From a virus: a DNA stretch of 64,000 nucleotides. Location: positions 1 to 64,000 of the IMG/VR virus record IMGVR_UViG_3300043446_003867; one strand, 5' to 3'. The notes beneath the pieces were generated by a model that saw only the letters and a list, made by a program, of their open reading frames with translations, was not told the origin of the DNA and ran no database searches. Below are positions 54,602-62,970 of this stretch, piece by piece (within the stretch, counting starts at the first letter, position 1; every line of letters starts with the position of its first letter). A program made the translations under genes and the position numbers.

Positions 54602-55693
54602 ATGGCCGGGAAGTACGACCACATCGACTTCAAGCCACCGTCATCCGTCGCGAACGCGGCGGAGCGCGGGCTTGAGTACCGCAAGAAGCAGGGCAAGGAC
54701 AAAGCCGGCTTGACGCAGAAGGAAGCGTCGAAGCAGGGCATCGGCTCTGGCGTTCAGCGCGCGTCGAACCTTAAGGGGCGGAGCAATCTGAGCCCCGAGA
54801 CGGTGCGGCAGATGGGTCGGTTCTTCTCGCGTCATGAGAAGAACGCGAAGATCGATGCGGAGCACAAGGGTGAGCCCTGGAAGGACAAGGGCTACGTAGC
54901 GTGGCTCCTTTGGGGTGGCGACGCTGGGCGGTCGTGGGCGAACAAGGTGATTCGGCAGATGGACGCTGCGGACAAGAAGTCGGGCAAGGGCATCGAGGAC
55001 GCGTGCTGGAAGGGCTACGAGGCGGTCGGCATGAAGACCAAGAATGGTCGGAAGGTGCCGAACTGCGTGCCGAAGAAGGGTAAGGGAATCCCCGACGCGC
55101 AGGAGCGCGCGGCGTTCGATATCCCTCTCGCTCGGTGGGCGAACGCGATGGGCGGTCGCGGCGTCGAGCTTCGCGCTCCGGCGGTGAAGCAGAAGACGAA
55201 CTACTCGTGCGGACCGGCGGCGCTTCGTTCGGGAATGGCGGCGCTCGGTGTCGGCGCGAAGGAAGACGAGCTAGCCGAGAAGGCGGAGACGAGCGCGAGC
55301 GGTGGCACGAGTATCCACGGGCTCGCGAAGGCGGCGCAGGCGTTCGATCTGGAAGCCGAGATCCGCGATGGCATGACGGTGGACGAACTCATGTCGTGCA
55401 TGGACGATGGGTGCGTGGTCCTCGTTTGCTTGCAGGCGGGCGACGACGCGGAGGATTACGATTCTTCGCACTGGGTGCTGCCGGTAGCGGTGAAGGACGA
55501 GGGCGGCGCTCCGATCGTCGAGTGCATGGACCCGAGCCGGAAGAAGGTTCACTCCGTGATGAAGCTCGACGAGTTCGAGGAGCGCTGGCACTGCGTCGAC
55601 ATGGGCAAGCCGGTCAACGGGCTCGCGCTCGTGATCCGCGGAGAGTCGCCGGCGAACATGACGCTGATCGACACGGCGAAAATGCCGATGTGA
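54602..55693 (+). CDS. N-terminal phage domain + C39-like cysteine peptidase
   Basis: Q.TNYSCGPAAL, GGTS...L, SHWV, MDP; N-domain with FFSRHE...AWLLWGG. Confidence 0.85.
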   Translation: MAGKYDHIDFKPPSSVANAAERGLEYRKKQGKDKAGLTQKEASKQGIGSGVQRASNLKGRSNLSPETVRQMGRFFSRHEKNAKIDAEHKGEPWKDKGYVAWLLWGGDAGRSWANKVIRQMDAADKKSGKGIEDACWKGYEAVGMKTKNGRKVPNCVPKKGKGIPDAQERAAFDIPLARWANAMGGRGVELRAPAVKQKTNYSCGPAALRSGMAALGVGAKEDELAEKAETSASGGTSIHGLAKAAQAFDLEAEIRDGMTVDELMSCMDDGCVVLVCLQAGDDAEDYDSSHWVLPVAVKDEGGAPIVECMDPSRKKVHSVMKLDEFEERWHCVDMGKPVNGLALVIRGESPANMTLIDTAKMPM

Positions 55694-55738
55694 CGAGCGC
55701 GTCGAAGCCCGCTATGATGCGCGCGGAGGTGTTTCGTC

Positions 55739-56053
55739 ATGGCTCGTAAGCAACGCGAAGATAATCAGCAGGGAATCGCCGACTACTCGTACACGTCGCA
55801 GTCGTCGGCGGTGGAGATGGTCGACAACAGCGCCGAACTCATCGATCCCGCACCGATGGGCGGGACGGCGTACGAGGAGCGCGCGGCGATGCTCGCGGAC
55901 GTTCCGCCGATCAAGCAGTACCGCGTCGTTAGCGACGCTCTCGTGATGAACCGAGGCGCGCGCACTCTGCTCCGCGCCGGGAAGATCATCGACGGGGCGA
56001 ACTACGACCTGGAGCAGTTGAGCACGCAAGGCGTTCGGTTCGAGGAATACTGA
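55739..56053 (+). CDS. hypothetical virion-region protein
   Basis: SD GGAGG. Confidence 0.6.
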   Translation: MARKQREDNQQGIADYSYTSQSSAVEMVDNSAELIDPAPMGGTAYEERAAMLADVPPIKQYRVVSDALVMNRGARTLLRAGKIIDGANYDLEQLSTQGVRFEEY

Positions 56054-56235
56054 TGCCGTTCGAGGACGACGTCGCTAGCGTTCACTTGTTCGACGTTGGC
56101 GACGACGTTCTCGAATCAGACGTCGCGTACGATTCGGCAACGATGCTCGCGCTGCTCTGGTTCGCGGCGCGCTACGATGCAGCGATGGTGTCGGGCGCGG
56201 CGAACTTCATCATTCAGGAAGCGAGCGAGGGATAG
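56053..56235 (+). CDS. hypothetical protein
   Basis: TGATG coupling. Confidence 0.5.
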   Translation: MPFEDDVASVHLFDVGDDVLESDVAYDSATMLALLWFAARYDAAMVSGAANFIIQEASEG

Positions 56236-56238
56236 GCG

Positions 56239-56643
56239 ATGGCATTCAGCGAGCAAGAGAAGGTCCGGATCCGACATCACCTCGGCTACCTGAACGTCGG
56301 GCAAGCCTACACGTTCGTTGCTGGCGCTCCGGCGGGCGTTGAAACGCAGTTCCTCATTGAAGGTGCGATGCAGCGCGTGCTTCCCGAAGCCGAGACGTTG
56401 GCGAGGGAACTGCTCGCGCGGTGCGATTCGGTCGAAGGGCAGATGATGGACAACCAGGATCTGCTCGCGGTCGAGCAGGTCGATGAAATCAAGATCCGCC
56501 AGGACGAGTTCCAGGCGCTCTTGAAGCGGTATCACTACCATCGGAACGCACTGGCGAACGTCCTCGGCGTCTACCCGAACCCGTTCGACAAGCGTTTTGC
56601 GGCGGGGACCGGCGGTGGTATCAACGTCAACGTTCAGCACTGA
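56239..56643 (+). CDS. putative head-tail adaptor
   Basis: size, helical, position after the head genes. Confidence 0.5.
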   Translation: MAFSEQEKVRIRHHLGYLNVGQAYTFVAGAPAGVETQFLIEGAMQRVLPEAETLARELLARCDSVEGQMMDNQDLLAVEQVDEIKIRQDEFQALLKRYHYHRNALANVLGVYPNPFDKRFAAGTGGGINVNVQH

Positions 56644-56654
56644 GGAGAAGTTCG

Positions 56655-56924
56655 ATGTCCAAGATTGTGGTTCTCGCCCCGTTCAGCGCCGCTGTCAGCA
56701 GCGGTCCGCGTAAGTTCCTTCCCGGCGACGTGGTCGATAGCGACCAGTACAGCGCCGCCGACTACACGGCGATCACGTCGGCTGCTCCGACGAAGTACAC
56801 CGCCGCGTTCGACGCGCCGGCTCCCGCGCTCATCGCGGCGCAGGCGCAGGCGATCGAGATCCGCAACAACGGCGGTGATCCCGAGAACCAGACCGAGGGC
56901 ATCATGTACCGAGCGATGTTCTGA
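56655..56924 (+). CDS. hypothetical virion-region protein
   Basis: SD GAGGAG. Confidence 0.6.
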   Translation: MSKIVVLAPFSAAVSSGPRKFLPGDVVDSDQYSAADYTAITSAAPTKYTAAFDAPAPALIAAQAQAIEIRNNGGDPENQTEGIMYRAMF

Positions 56925-56953
56925 GCATCTAGGCGCCCCATAGCGCGACTTTT

Positions 56954-56988
56954 AGACGCGGAGCCTAACAGGCCCGCGTCTTTCGTTT
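56954..56988 (+). terminator. probable intrinsic terminator
   Basis: AGACGCGG...CCGCGTCT followed by TTCGTTT. Confidence 0.65.
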
Positions 56989-57029
56989 GAGCGGCTGACG
57001 TAGCGCCCGTGGAGCGCTACGCTGCGGTC

Positions 57030-57581
57030 ATGCCACGTCCGCACCCGCTGCAACCGTTCCAAGCCAAGATGACGCTCGCGAACCGGCTTCGGGGTCCGGC
57101 GGATCGCGTGCGGCAGATCGCGACCGACATGGGCGTGCGACCGTACCGCGTGTTCCTCGTGTGGACGACGTTCCAGGGCGAGGAGCGCGGCGAAGGCACC
57201 GAAGTCGAGTTGGCGCGCGTCGAGATTCTGCCGACGCCGAAGATCGGTGAGTTGACCAGCCTCGGCATGAACCCGTACTCGCAGGGTTTCGCGAGCACGG
57301 GCTCGCTTCGCCTTGAGAAGATCAGCGCGGGGTTCACGCAGCCGCAGCTCATGGGGCTCGAAGTGCCAGGGCGCGGGCAGCTTCCGAACATGCCTCGCAA
57401 CGTCGACTTCTGGTACGAGATGCGTGAGGACGGGCGCGGCGGCGATAAACCGGTGCCGCTCCGCTATCGCCTCGCATCGTCGCCGTATCGCGCGGCGGGA
57501 CGTGTCTCGTGGTCGGTCATGCTAGAACGGCAAGACGAGGCGACGCAGATGGATGGACAGCCGCCGTTCGCGTTGAGGTGA
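57030..57581 (+). CDS. putative head closure/stopper protein
   Basis: position in the neck module, beta-rich. Confidence 0.5.
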   Translation: MPRPHPLQPFQAKMTLANRLRGPADRVRQIATDMGVRPYRVFLVWTTFQGEERGEGTEVELARVEILPTPKIGELTSLGMNPYSQGFASTGSLRLEKISAGFTQPQLMGLEVPGRGQLPNMPRNVDFWYEMREDGRGGDKPVPLRYRLASSPYRAAGRVSWSVMLERQDEATQMDGQPPFALR

Positions 57582-57584
57582 ACC

Positions 57585-58103
57585 ATGGCGACCGTTATCA
57601 AACTCAGTGATGCGGCAGTCTACTTCGGCACGTCGGGTCCGGTGGCGGTCAAGCTGAAGACCGCGGCGCTCAAGGGGATCTACTCCGCCGCGCTTCGGTC
57701 GAAGCAGATTCTTCAAACGACCGAGATTCAGGATGCGGATCCTCCGCCGGTAAACAAGGGCGTCTATCGCGCTGGATGGCAGGTGGAGAAGCTGAAGAAC
57801 GGGGCGGCGTATTACAACAGCGTGCCGTACGCGCGATATATCGAGGACGGTGTGCCGGCGATGAACGTCGTCATGTCGCAGAAAGCGATCATGGCGATTG
57901 CTGAGTGGGCGCGTAGGAAGCTCGGCGGCTTGGACGAGAAGCAGGCGCTCAACGTCGCGTATGCGATCATGCAGAACCTCAAGAAGCGCGGTATTTTCAA
58001 ACACGGCGCGGGCTTGAAGATCATGAAGAAGTACAACGATCGGAAGCTCAACGAAGTCATTCGGCGAGAGATCGACGCTGAGATCGACAAGGTGAAGTTT
58101 TGA
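57585..58103 (+). CDS. HK97 gp10-like neck/tail completion protein
   Basis: PVNKGVYRAGW...NSVPYARYIEDG. Confidence 0.7.
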   Translation: MATVIKLSDAAVYFGTSGPVAVKLKTAALKGIYSAALRSKQILQTTEIQDADPPPVNKGVYRAGWQVEKLKNGAAYYNSVPYARYIEDGVPAMNVVMSQKAIMAIAEWARRKLGGLDEKQALNVAYAIMQNLKKRGIFKHGAGLKIMKKYNDRKLNEVIRREIDAEIDKVKF

Positions 58104-59005
58104 GCACGAAGTACTTAGACAATCCGATCGCATCGCCGCCGACGGTTACGCAGCGATACGGCGAACCGCCGTACCCGATGCTGCCGAATATCGACGCGCG
58201 CTCGCATGGGCTGCGTGTTCTCAGTCGATGGTTCTCGTCGCTCGTGTTCCGGCGCACCATGGCACCCAATCAAGAACCGGAAGCGTTCAGCGTCACGCCG
58301 GATCGAGTCTTCTACGAAATGCCCGATAGCGTCGAGATGCTGGAGTTCCCGGCGATTGGCGTTCTTCCGGGACGAGGGCAGTACATCACGCGTGGCATTG
58401 GCGGCGCGGATCCTGGCGAAGCGCGTGAGGACGGTTACTCGCTAAGTATCCCGTACGACTACCAGGAGATGTTGACGGTCGAGGTGATCGGCTCAAAAAT
58501 CGCCGAGCGGCGCGCGATGATCGCGGGTATCGAATCTGCGGTCGGATCGTACGAGGGCACGACCGACCTCCGCTTGGTGATGCCGGAGTACTACGGACTG
58601 GCGGCGACCTACTCGCTCATGGAACGCGAGAACCTGGAGGAGCCGGATTCGCCTCGCGGTCGTCGGCGCGGGCATTTGTTCATTCAAATGCTTGTGCCAG
58701 TCGTGACGCAGGCGCGGCTTGTAGAGTTCTTCCCGAGCGTTGACATCAACGTGTCGGGATCGATCGGCGCCGACGTGGGCGTCGGCTTCTTTCCGTCTAA
58801 GGTGGAGGCGGCGACGCTTGCCTACACTGGGACGCAGGCGCTCGCGGCGATGGGTCTGGATGTCTTTCAGGCGCGCACCATCGCCCGAGCTACGCTAGGG
58901 ATCAACAGATTGGAGGCGGACGCGCTGACGATCGACTATCTGGTTGCCTTGATGCAGTGGCTCGCGGCGAGGAATGCTACCTTGCGCACAGCTACGACCC
59001 CGTGA
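58100..59005 (+). CDS. putative tail terminator protein
   Basis: position before the sheath; TTGA overlap. Confidence 0.5.
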   Translation: MSTKYLDNPIASPPTVTQRYGEPPYPMLPNIDARSHGLRVLSRWFSSLVFRRTMAPNQEPEAFSVTPDRVFYEMPDSVEMLEFPAIGVLPGRGQYITRGIGGADPGEAREDGYSLSIPYDYQEMLTVEVIGSKIAERRAMIAGIESAVGSYEGTTDLRLVMPEYYGLAATYSLMERENLEEPDSPRGRRRGHLFIQMLVPVVTQARLVEFFPSVDINVSGSIGADVGVGFFPSKVEAATLAYTGTQALAAMGLDVFQARTIARATLGINRLEADALTIDYLVALMQWLAARNATLRTATTP

Positions 59006-59029
59006 GACAGTTCGCATAGGAGTTCGCAC

Positions 59030-61534
59030 ATGTCCGTTTTCATCCGTCGATTCACCTTTGACCCCGGCGTCCAAGTTTTTCTTGAGATCGAGGCGGTCAA
59101 CGTCCTGGACCTGACTCCGCCGTCGTCGATCACGGGTGTCGGCACTGGCACCGCAATGATCGTGGGCGAGTTCGAGGACGGGCCGTTCAACACGCCGCTT
59201 GAAGTCACGAGTGCGACGGAGCTTGCGAGCACGTTCGGCAACTTCGGTTACACGTACGGTGGCGTGACGGCGCAGAACCCCTGCGCTCGCGTGCGCTACG
59301 CCGATGGCGCAGTGGTTCCTGAGTACTGGAACGGTAACGGGCTCCTCGCGCTCAACGCGAAGCGCTTTTCCCGTCTCCTCATCACCCGCGCCGACACCAG
59401 CGTCGGCGTCGTTGACTTTGAGCGTTGCGCGTCGATCGTCGGTGGTTCGGCGTTCACCTACTCGCTCTCGCCGGCGCAGACGTTCATCTTTGGCACGGCC
59501 ACGGCGTCGTACACGGTGACGTTCAACGCGGCGGCGGCGACGCTCACCAGCGCGGCGGGCGTCTACCCGACGGGCTTCACGGGTGGCGAAGTGATGACGA
59601 TCGTTCGCGACGGCATCACGTATACGGTCGTCTTTCAGGCGAGCGATCAGACGCAGACGCAGGTAATCGACCGCATCAACGGCACGCTGGGCTACACGGC
59701 GGCGGTCAACGGCGGCGGTGGCGTTACCACGCTCTCGTCGCTCAATCGCGGTTCGGGCGCGACGATCGCGATCACCGCGCCGACGACGGCGTCGGTTCTC
59801 GCGGCGACTGGTTTCGTGATCGCGTCGGCGACGGGCACCGGCAACGTGTTGAACATCGCGGCGGTTACGGCGTCCGAGATTGCTTCGCTCGTCAGCACGG
59901 CCTCCGCTGGTGCGGTTGTGCTCACGCAGCTTGATAGCGGCGCGCTCCGCCTTGAGGGTATCGGCGCTCCACTCACGGGCGTGCTTCGAGTGACGGGTGG
60001 CACGGCGACCGCGGCGCTCGGCTTCTCGCTCACGCAGAACGCGGCGTGGCAAAATGCGCCGGTTGAAGTTGAGATCGACGCGATCGATGCGGGCGTCGCG
60101 GCGGCGCTCGGCTTCGCGGTTACGACGGCGCGTCCGGTGATCGTCAGCAGTGCGGGCGTTTACCCGACGGCGTTCGTCGGCGGTGAAGAGATGACCATCA
60201 CGGTTGCGGGTTCCGCGCCGAAGGTCGTCACGTTCCAGTCGACCGATCAGACGATCGCGCAGGTTGCGGCGCGTATCAACCTCACGCTCGGTTACACGGC
60301 GGTCGTTGCGCAGAGCGCGACGATCCTCGCGATGGCGGGCACGGGGCAAAGCAGCATCGCGATCCCGGCGGGCACGCGCGTTCGCAACGCGGGCGGCAAC
60401 GTGTGGGTCACGATGCAGACCCAGGCAGTCGACGCGGGCGCTCCTGGTCCGTACGCGCTCAAGGTTCGTCCTGCGACCGACGACGGCACGGCGCCTCTCG
60501 CGGCGGCGCTTTCGATCAACGCGCTCAGCTCGCCGTTGTTCGGTGCGGCGTTCATCGTGTTCAACCCGCTCCAAGTGAATGCGGCGTTGAGCGAGTCGGC
60601 GATCGATGCATCGTACACGGTGGCGATCGACTCAACGCTTAACAGCGCGTCGGTTGCGGCGGAGACGAACATCATCTGGTCGGCTCGCCAATCGAACGCG
60701 GTGCGCACGAAGCTCCGCCAGAACGCGAACGACGCGGCGTCTAGCGGCCTCTACGGACGCATCGCCGTGATTCGTCCGCCGCTCAAGACCACGAAGGCGC
60801 AGGCGCGTTCGGGCGCGGCGCAACCGGGCGTCGGCGCGTACCGCGACCAGCGCGTTGTGTACGTCTATCCGGGCGTGCAGACGTTCATTCCGGCGATCGC
60901 GACGATCGGCACTGCTGGCGGCGCTGGCTTTACGGCTGATGGCATCATTGACATCGGCGCTGACGGATTCCTCGCGTCGGTGTGTTCGCAGCTTCCGCCG
61001 GAGGAGAACCCCGGTCAGCTCACGACGTTCACGGGCGGCGCGCTCGGCATTGAGGCGGGCAACCCCGACGTGCAGAACCTCACGCTCACGGACTACAAGA
61101 ACTTCCGCGCTTCGGGCATCTGCGCGCCTCGCATGGATCTCGGGACGATGATCTTCCAGTCGGGCGTAACCTCGGTCGATCCGGCGGTCTACCCCTCGCT
61201 GCGCAACATCAACCGTCGTCGCATGGCGGACTTCATTCAGGACAGCCTTGCGATCGCGCTCAAGGCGTTCGGTAAGCAGCTCGCGACTCGCACGCGTCGC
61301 GCGCTCATCACTGGACAGATCAAGTCCTTCATGGACGGGCTGCTCTCGCCGAACAACAGTGCGGCGCAGCGCATTGAGGGCTACACGATCGACAGCGTGA
61401 GCGGGAACACCGCAGAAACGCTGGCGCTCGGGATCTTCCGTATCATCCTGAACGTCCGTACGATCGCCTCGCTCGACGCGATCGTGCTGCAAACGACCGT
61501 CGGCGAATCTGTGGACGTGTCTCAGACCGCGTGA
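59030..61534 (+). CDS. contractile tail sheath protein
   Basis: PGV...VGEFEDGP...FG N-terminus; INRRRMADFI C-terminal sheath motif. Confidence 0.88.
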   Translation: MSVFIRRFTFDPGVQVFLEIEAVNVLDLTPPSSITGVGTGTAMIVGEFEDGPFNTPLEVTSATELASTFGNFGYTYGGVTAQNPCARVRYADGAVVPEYWNGNGLLALNAKRFSRLLITRADTSVGVVDFERCASIVGGSAFTYSLSPAQTFIFGTATASYTVTFNAAAATLTSAAGVYPTGFTGGEVMTIVRDGITYTVVFQASDQTQTQVIDRINGTLGYTAAVNGGGGVTTLSSLNRGSGATIAITAPTTASVLAATGFVIASATGTGNVLNIAAVTASEIASLVSTASAGAVVLTQLDSGALRLEGIGAPLTGVLRVTGGTATAALGFSLTQNAAWQNAPVEVEIDAIDAGVAAALGFAVTTARPVIVSSAGVYPTAFVGGEEMTITVAGSAPKVVTFQSTDQTIAQVAARINLTLGYTAVVAQSATILAMAGTGQSSIAIPAGTRVRNAGGNVWVTMQTQAVDAGAPGPYALKVRPATDDGTAPLAAALSINALSSPLFGAAFIVFNPLQVNAALSESAIDASYTVAIDSTLNSASVAAETNIIWSARQSNAVRTKLRQNANDAASSGLYGRIAVIRPPLKTTKAQARSGAAQPGVGAYRDQRVVYVYPGVQTFIPAIATIGTAGGAGFTADGIIDIGADGFLASVCSQLPPEENPGQLTTFTGGALGIEAGNPDVQNLTLTDYKNFRASGICAPRMDLGTMIFQSGVTSVDPAVYPSLRNINRRRMADFIQDSLAIALKAFGKQLATRTRRALITGQIKSFMDGLLSPNNSAAQRIEGYTIDSVSGNTAETLALGIFRIILNVRTIASLDAIVLQTTVGESVDVSQTA

Positions 61535-61551
61535 GCTAGGAGAGCAGAGCT

Positions 61552-61995
61552 ATGGCAACGAATGATCCGCGTCTCAGAGGGCAAGAAGTCGAGGTCCGTA
61601 TCGTCACGAACGGAACCCTTGAAAACAGCATCACGGCGGTCGCCACGTTTGAGGAAACCTTCAAGCTGGAGAAGAAGGAAGACGCCTTCCTCGGCGAGAC
61701 GAACAACCGTTACGATCACATCTTCCAGGGCATCGACGGTCGCATGGAGTTCCAGGTGAACTCAAACGACTGGATGATCTTCCAAAACGTGATCAAGGCG
61801 CAGGCGCAGCGCAAGACGCCGGGCACCAAGATCAACCTCACGCGCACCGACTACTACGCGAACGGGCAGACGAGCATCATCACGTACTCGGATTGCAAGT
61901 TCGGTCCTTCGCCTACCAGCGTCGCCGGACGCGGGGAGTTCGTGAAGGTGTCGCTCGACTTCTCGTGCTCGGATCGAGTTGAGCAGTTGAGCTAA
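61552..61995 (+). CDS. tail tube protein
   Basis: 147 aa, directly after the sheath, SD AGGAG. Confidence 0.75.
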   Translation: MATNDPRLRGQEVEVRIVTNGTLENSITAVATFEETFKLEKKEDAFLGETNNRYDHIFQGIDGRMEFQVNSNDWMIFQNVIKAQAQRKTPGTKINLTRTDYYANGQTSIITYSDCKFGPSPTSVAGRGEFVKVSLDFSCSDRVEQLS

Positions 61996-62106
61996 CGCGC
62001 GAAAGCGCACAAGTGGACCGGGGCGCCGGTATGCTTCGATGACGATCGCGGCACCTCCCTATCGGCGTTCCGGTCCTCTTTTCGACGGGAGAAAGAAAAG
62101 AGGAAC

Positions 62107-62652
62107 ATGATGAAAGAACACACGCGAAAACTGTCTTCGATGCCTGCGACCGAGGAGCCTAAGCAAGACGACTTCCCCGAGGTCGATCACGCGACGGAGC
62201 CTTTGCCTGCTGCGGCGACGATGCCGGAACCCGAAGGGGATGACGTTCCTGATTGGGTCGTCATCCCTGACAACATGAAGATCCCGCGAGGCAAGCGGTT
62301 GACGTTCGTTCGCTTCCGCGCGAACTGGACGGATTCGCCCTTCAAGGGAGAGCGGCAGTGCGTGATCTGGACGCTGACTGACGGCGAGGAAAAACTCGCT
62401 AACGATCGGTGTGCAGGATCGCCGACGCGAGCGCCTGCGGAGTACACGAAGCAGATGATTCGTGTGGTCGACGGCGTTCTCGTCGATTGGTCGAAGACGC
62501 GCGGACCGGGGAGCGTCGACGAGTTTTGGAAGGAGATCGGCCCCAAGTGTCGATCGATGCTCATGCGTATGTACACGCAACTGCACCTTCCCTCGGACGA
62601 GGACATCAACGATTTTTTTCAGCACTGCGTCGCTGTGCGCACGGCGAACTGA
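62107..62652 (+). CDS. tail assembly chaperone (gpG-like)
   Basis: between tube and tape measure genes; slippery T7 near the 3' end. Confidence 0.7.
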   Translation: MMKEHTRKLSSMPATEEPKQDDFPEVDHATEPLPAAATMPEPEGDDVPDWVVIPDNMKIPRGKRLTFVRFRANWTDSPFKGERQCVIWTLTDGEEKLANDRCAGSPTRAPAEYTKQMIRVVDGVLVDWSKTRGPGSVDEFWKEIGPKCRSMLMRMYTQLHLPSDEDINDFFQHCVAVRTAN

Positions 62653-62966
62653 CGCGAACGACCGATGGCCATTGGCAAGACCCCGACGAGCGAAAACGAT
62701 TGCTGTACGGCGTCGCTCGCTTGTCGGGCGTTCCGATGCAGGATGCGCACTTCGCGCGAGTCCTTGAAGAGATCATGGACCCGGCGACGCTTGAACGGCA
62801 GCGCGTTCGGCGGCACGTCTATCTTGCGAAGTACGGGAAGCAGTCGATGCTTCAGTGGGAGAACGTCGATTCGCGCGTAGTTCGACAGTATGCAACGGCG
62901 CTATCCGATTTCATCGCGGAGGAGAACGAAGCGATGAGGCGCGAGAATAGTCGCCACGAGGAGTGA
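62613..62966 (+). CDS. -1 frameshift extension of the chaperone (gpT-like)
   Basis: -1 frame open from T TTT TTT (62613-62619) to TGA 62966. Confidence 0.7.
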   Translation, partial: FFSALRRCAHGELTRTTDGHWQDPDERKRLLYGVARLSGVPMQDAHFARVLEEIMDPATLERQRVRRHVYLAKYGKQSMLQWENVDSRVVRQYATALSDFIAEENEAMRRENSRHEE

Positions 62967-62970
62967 AGCT

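Noticed and set aside
5728-61492. Long minus-strand ORFs (e.g. 5728..7245, 49570..50985, 51014..52396, 58895..60574)
   Set aside because: Antisense shadows of GC3-biased plus-strand genes, Arg-rich and without motifs.
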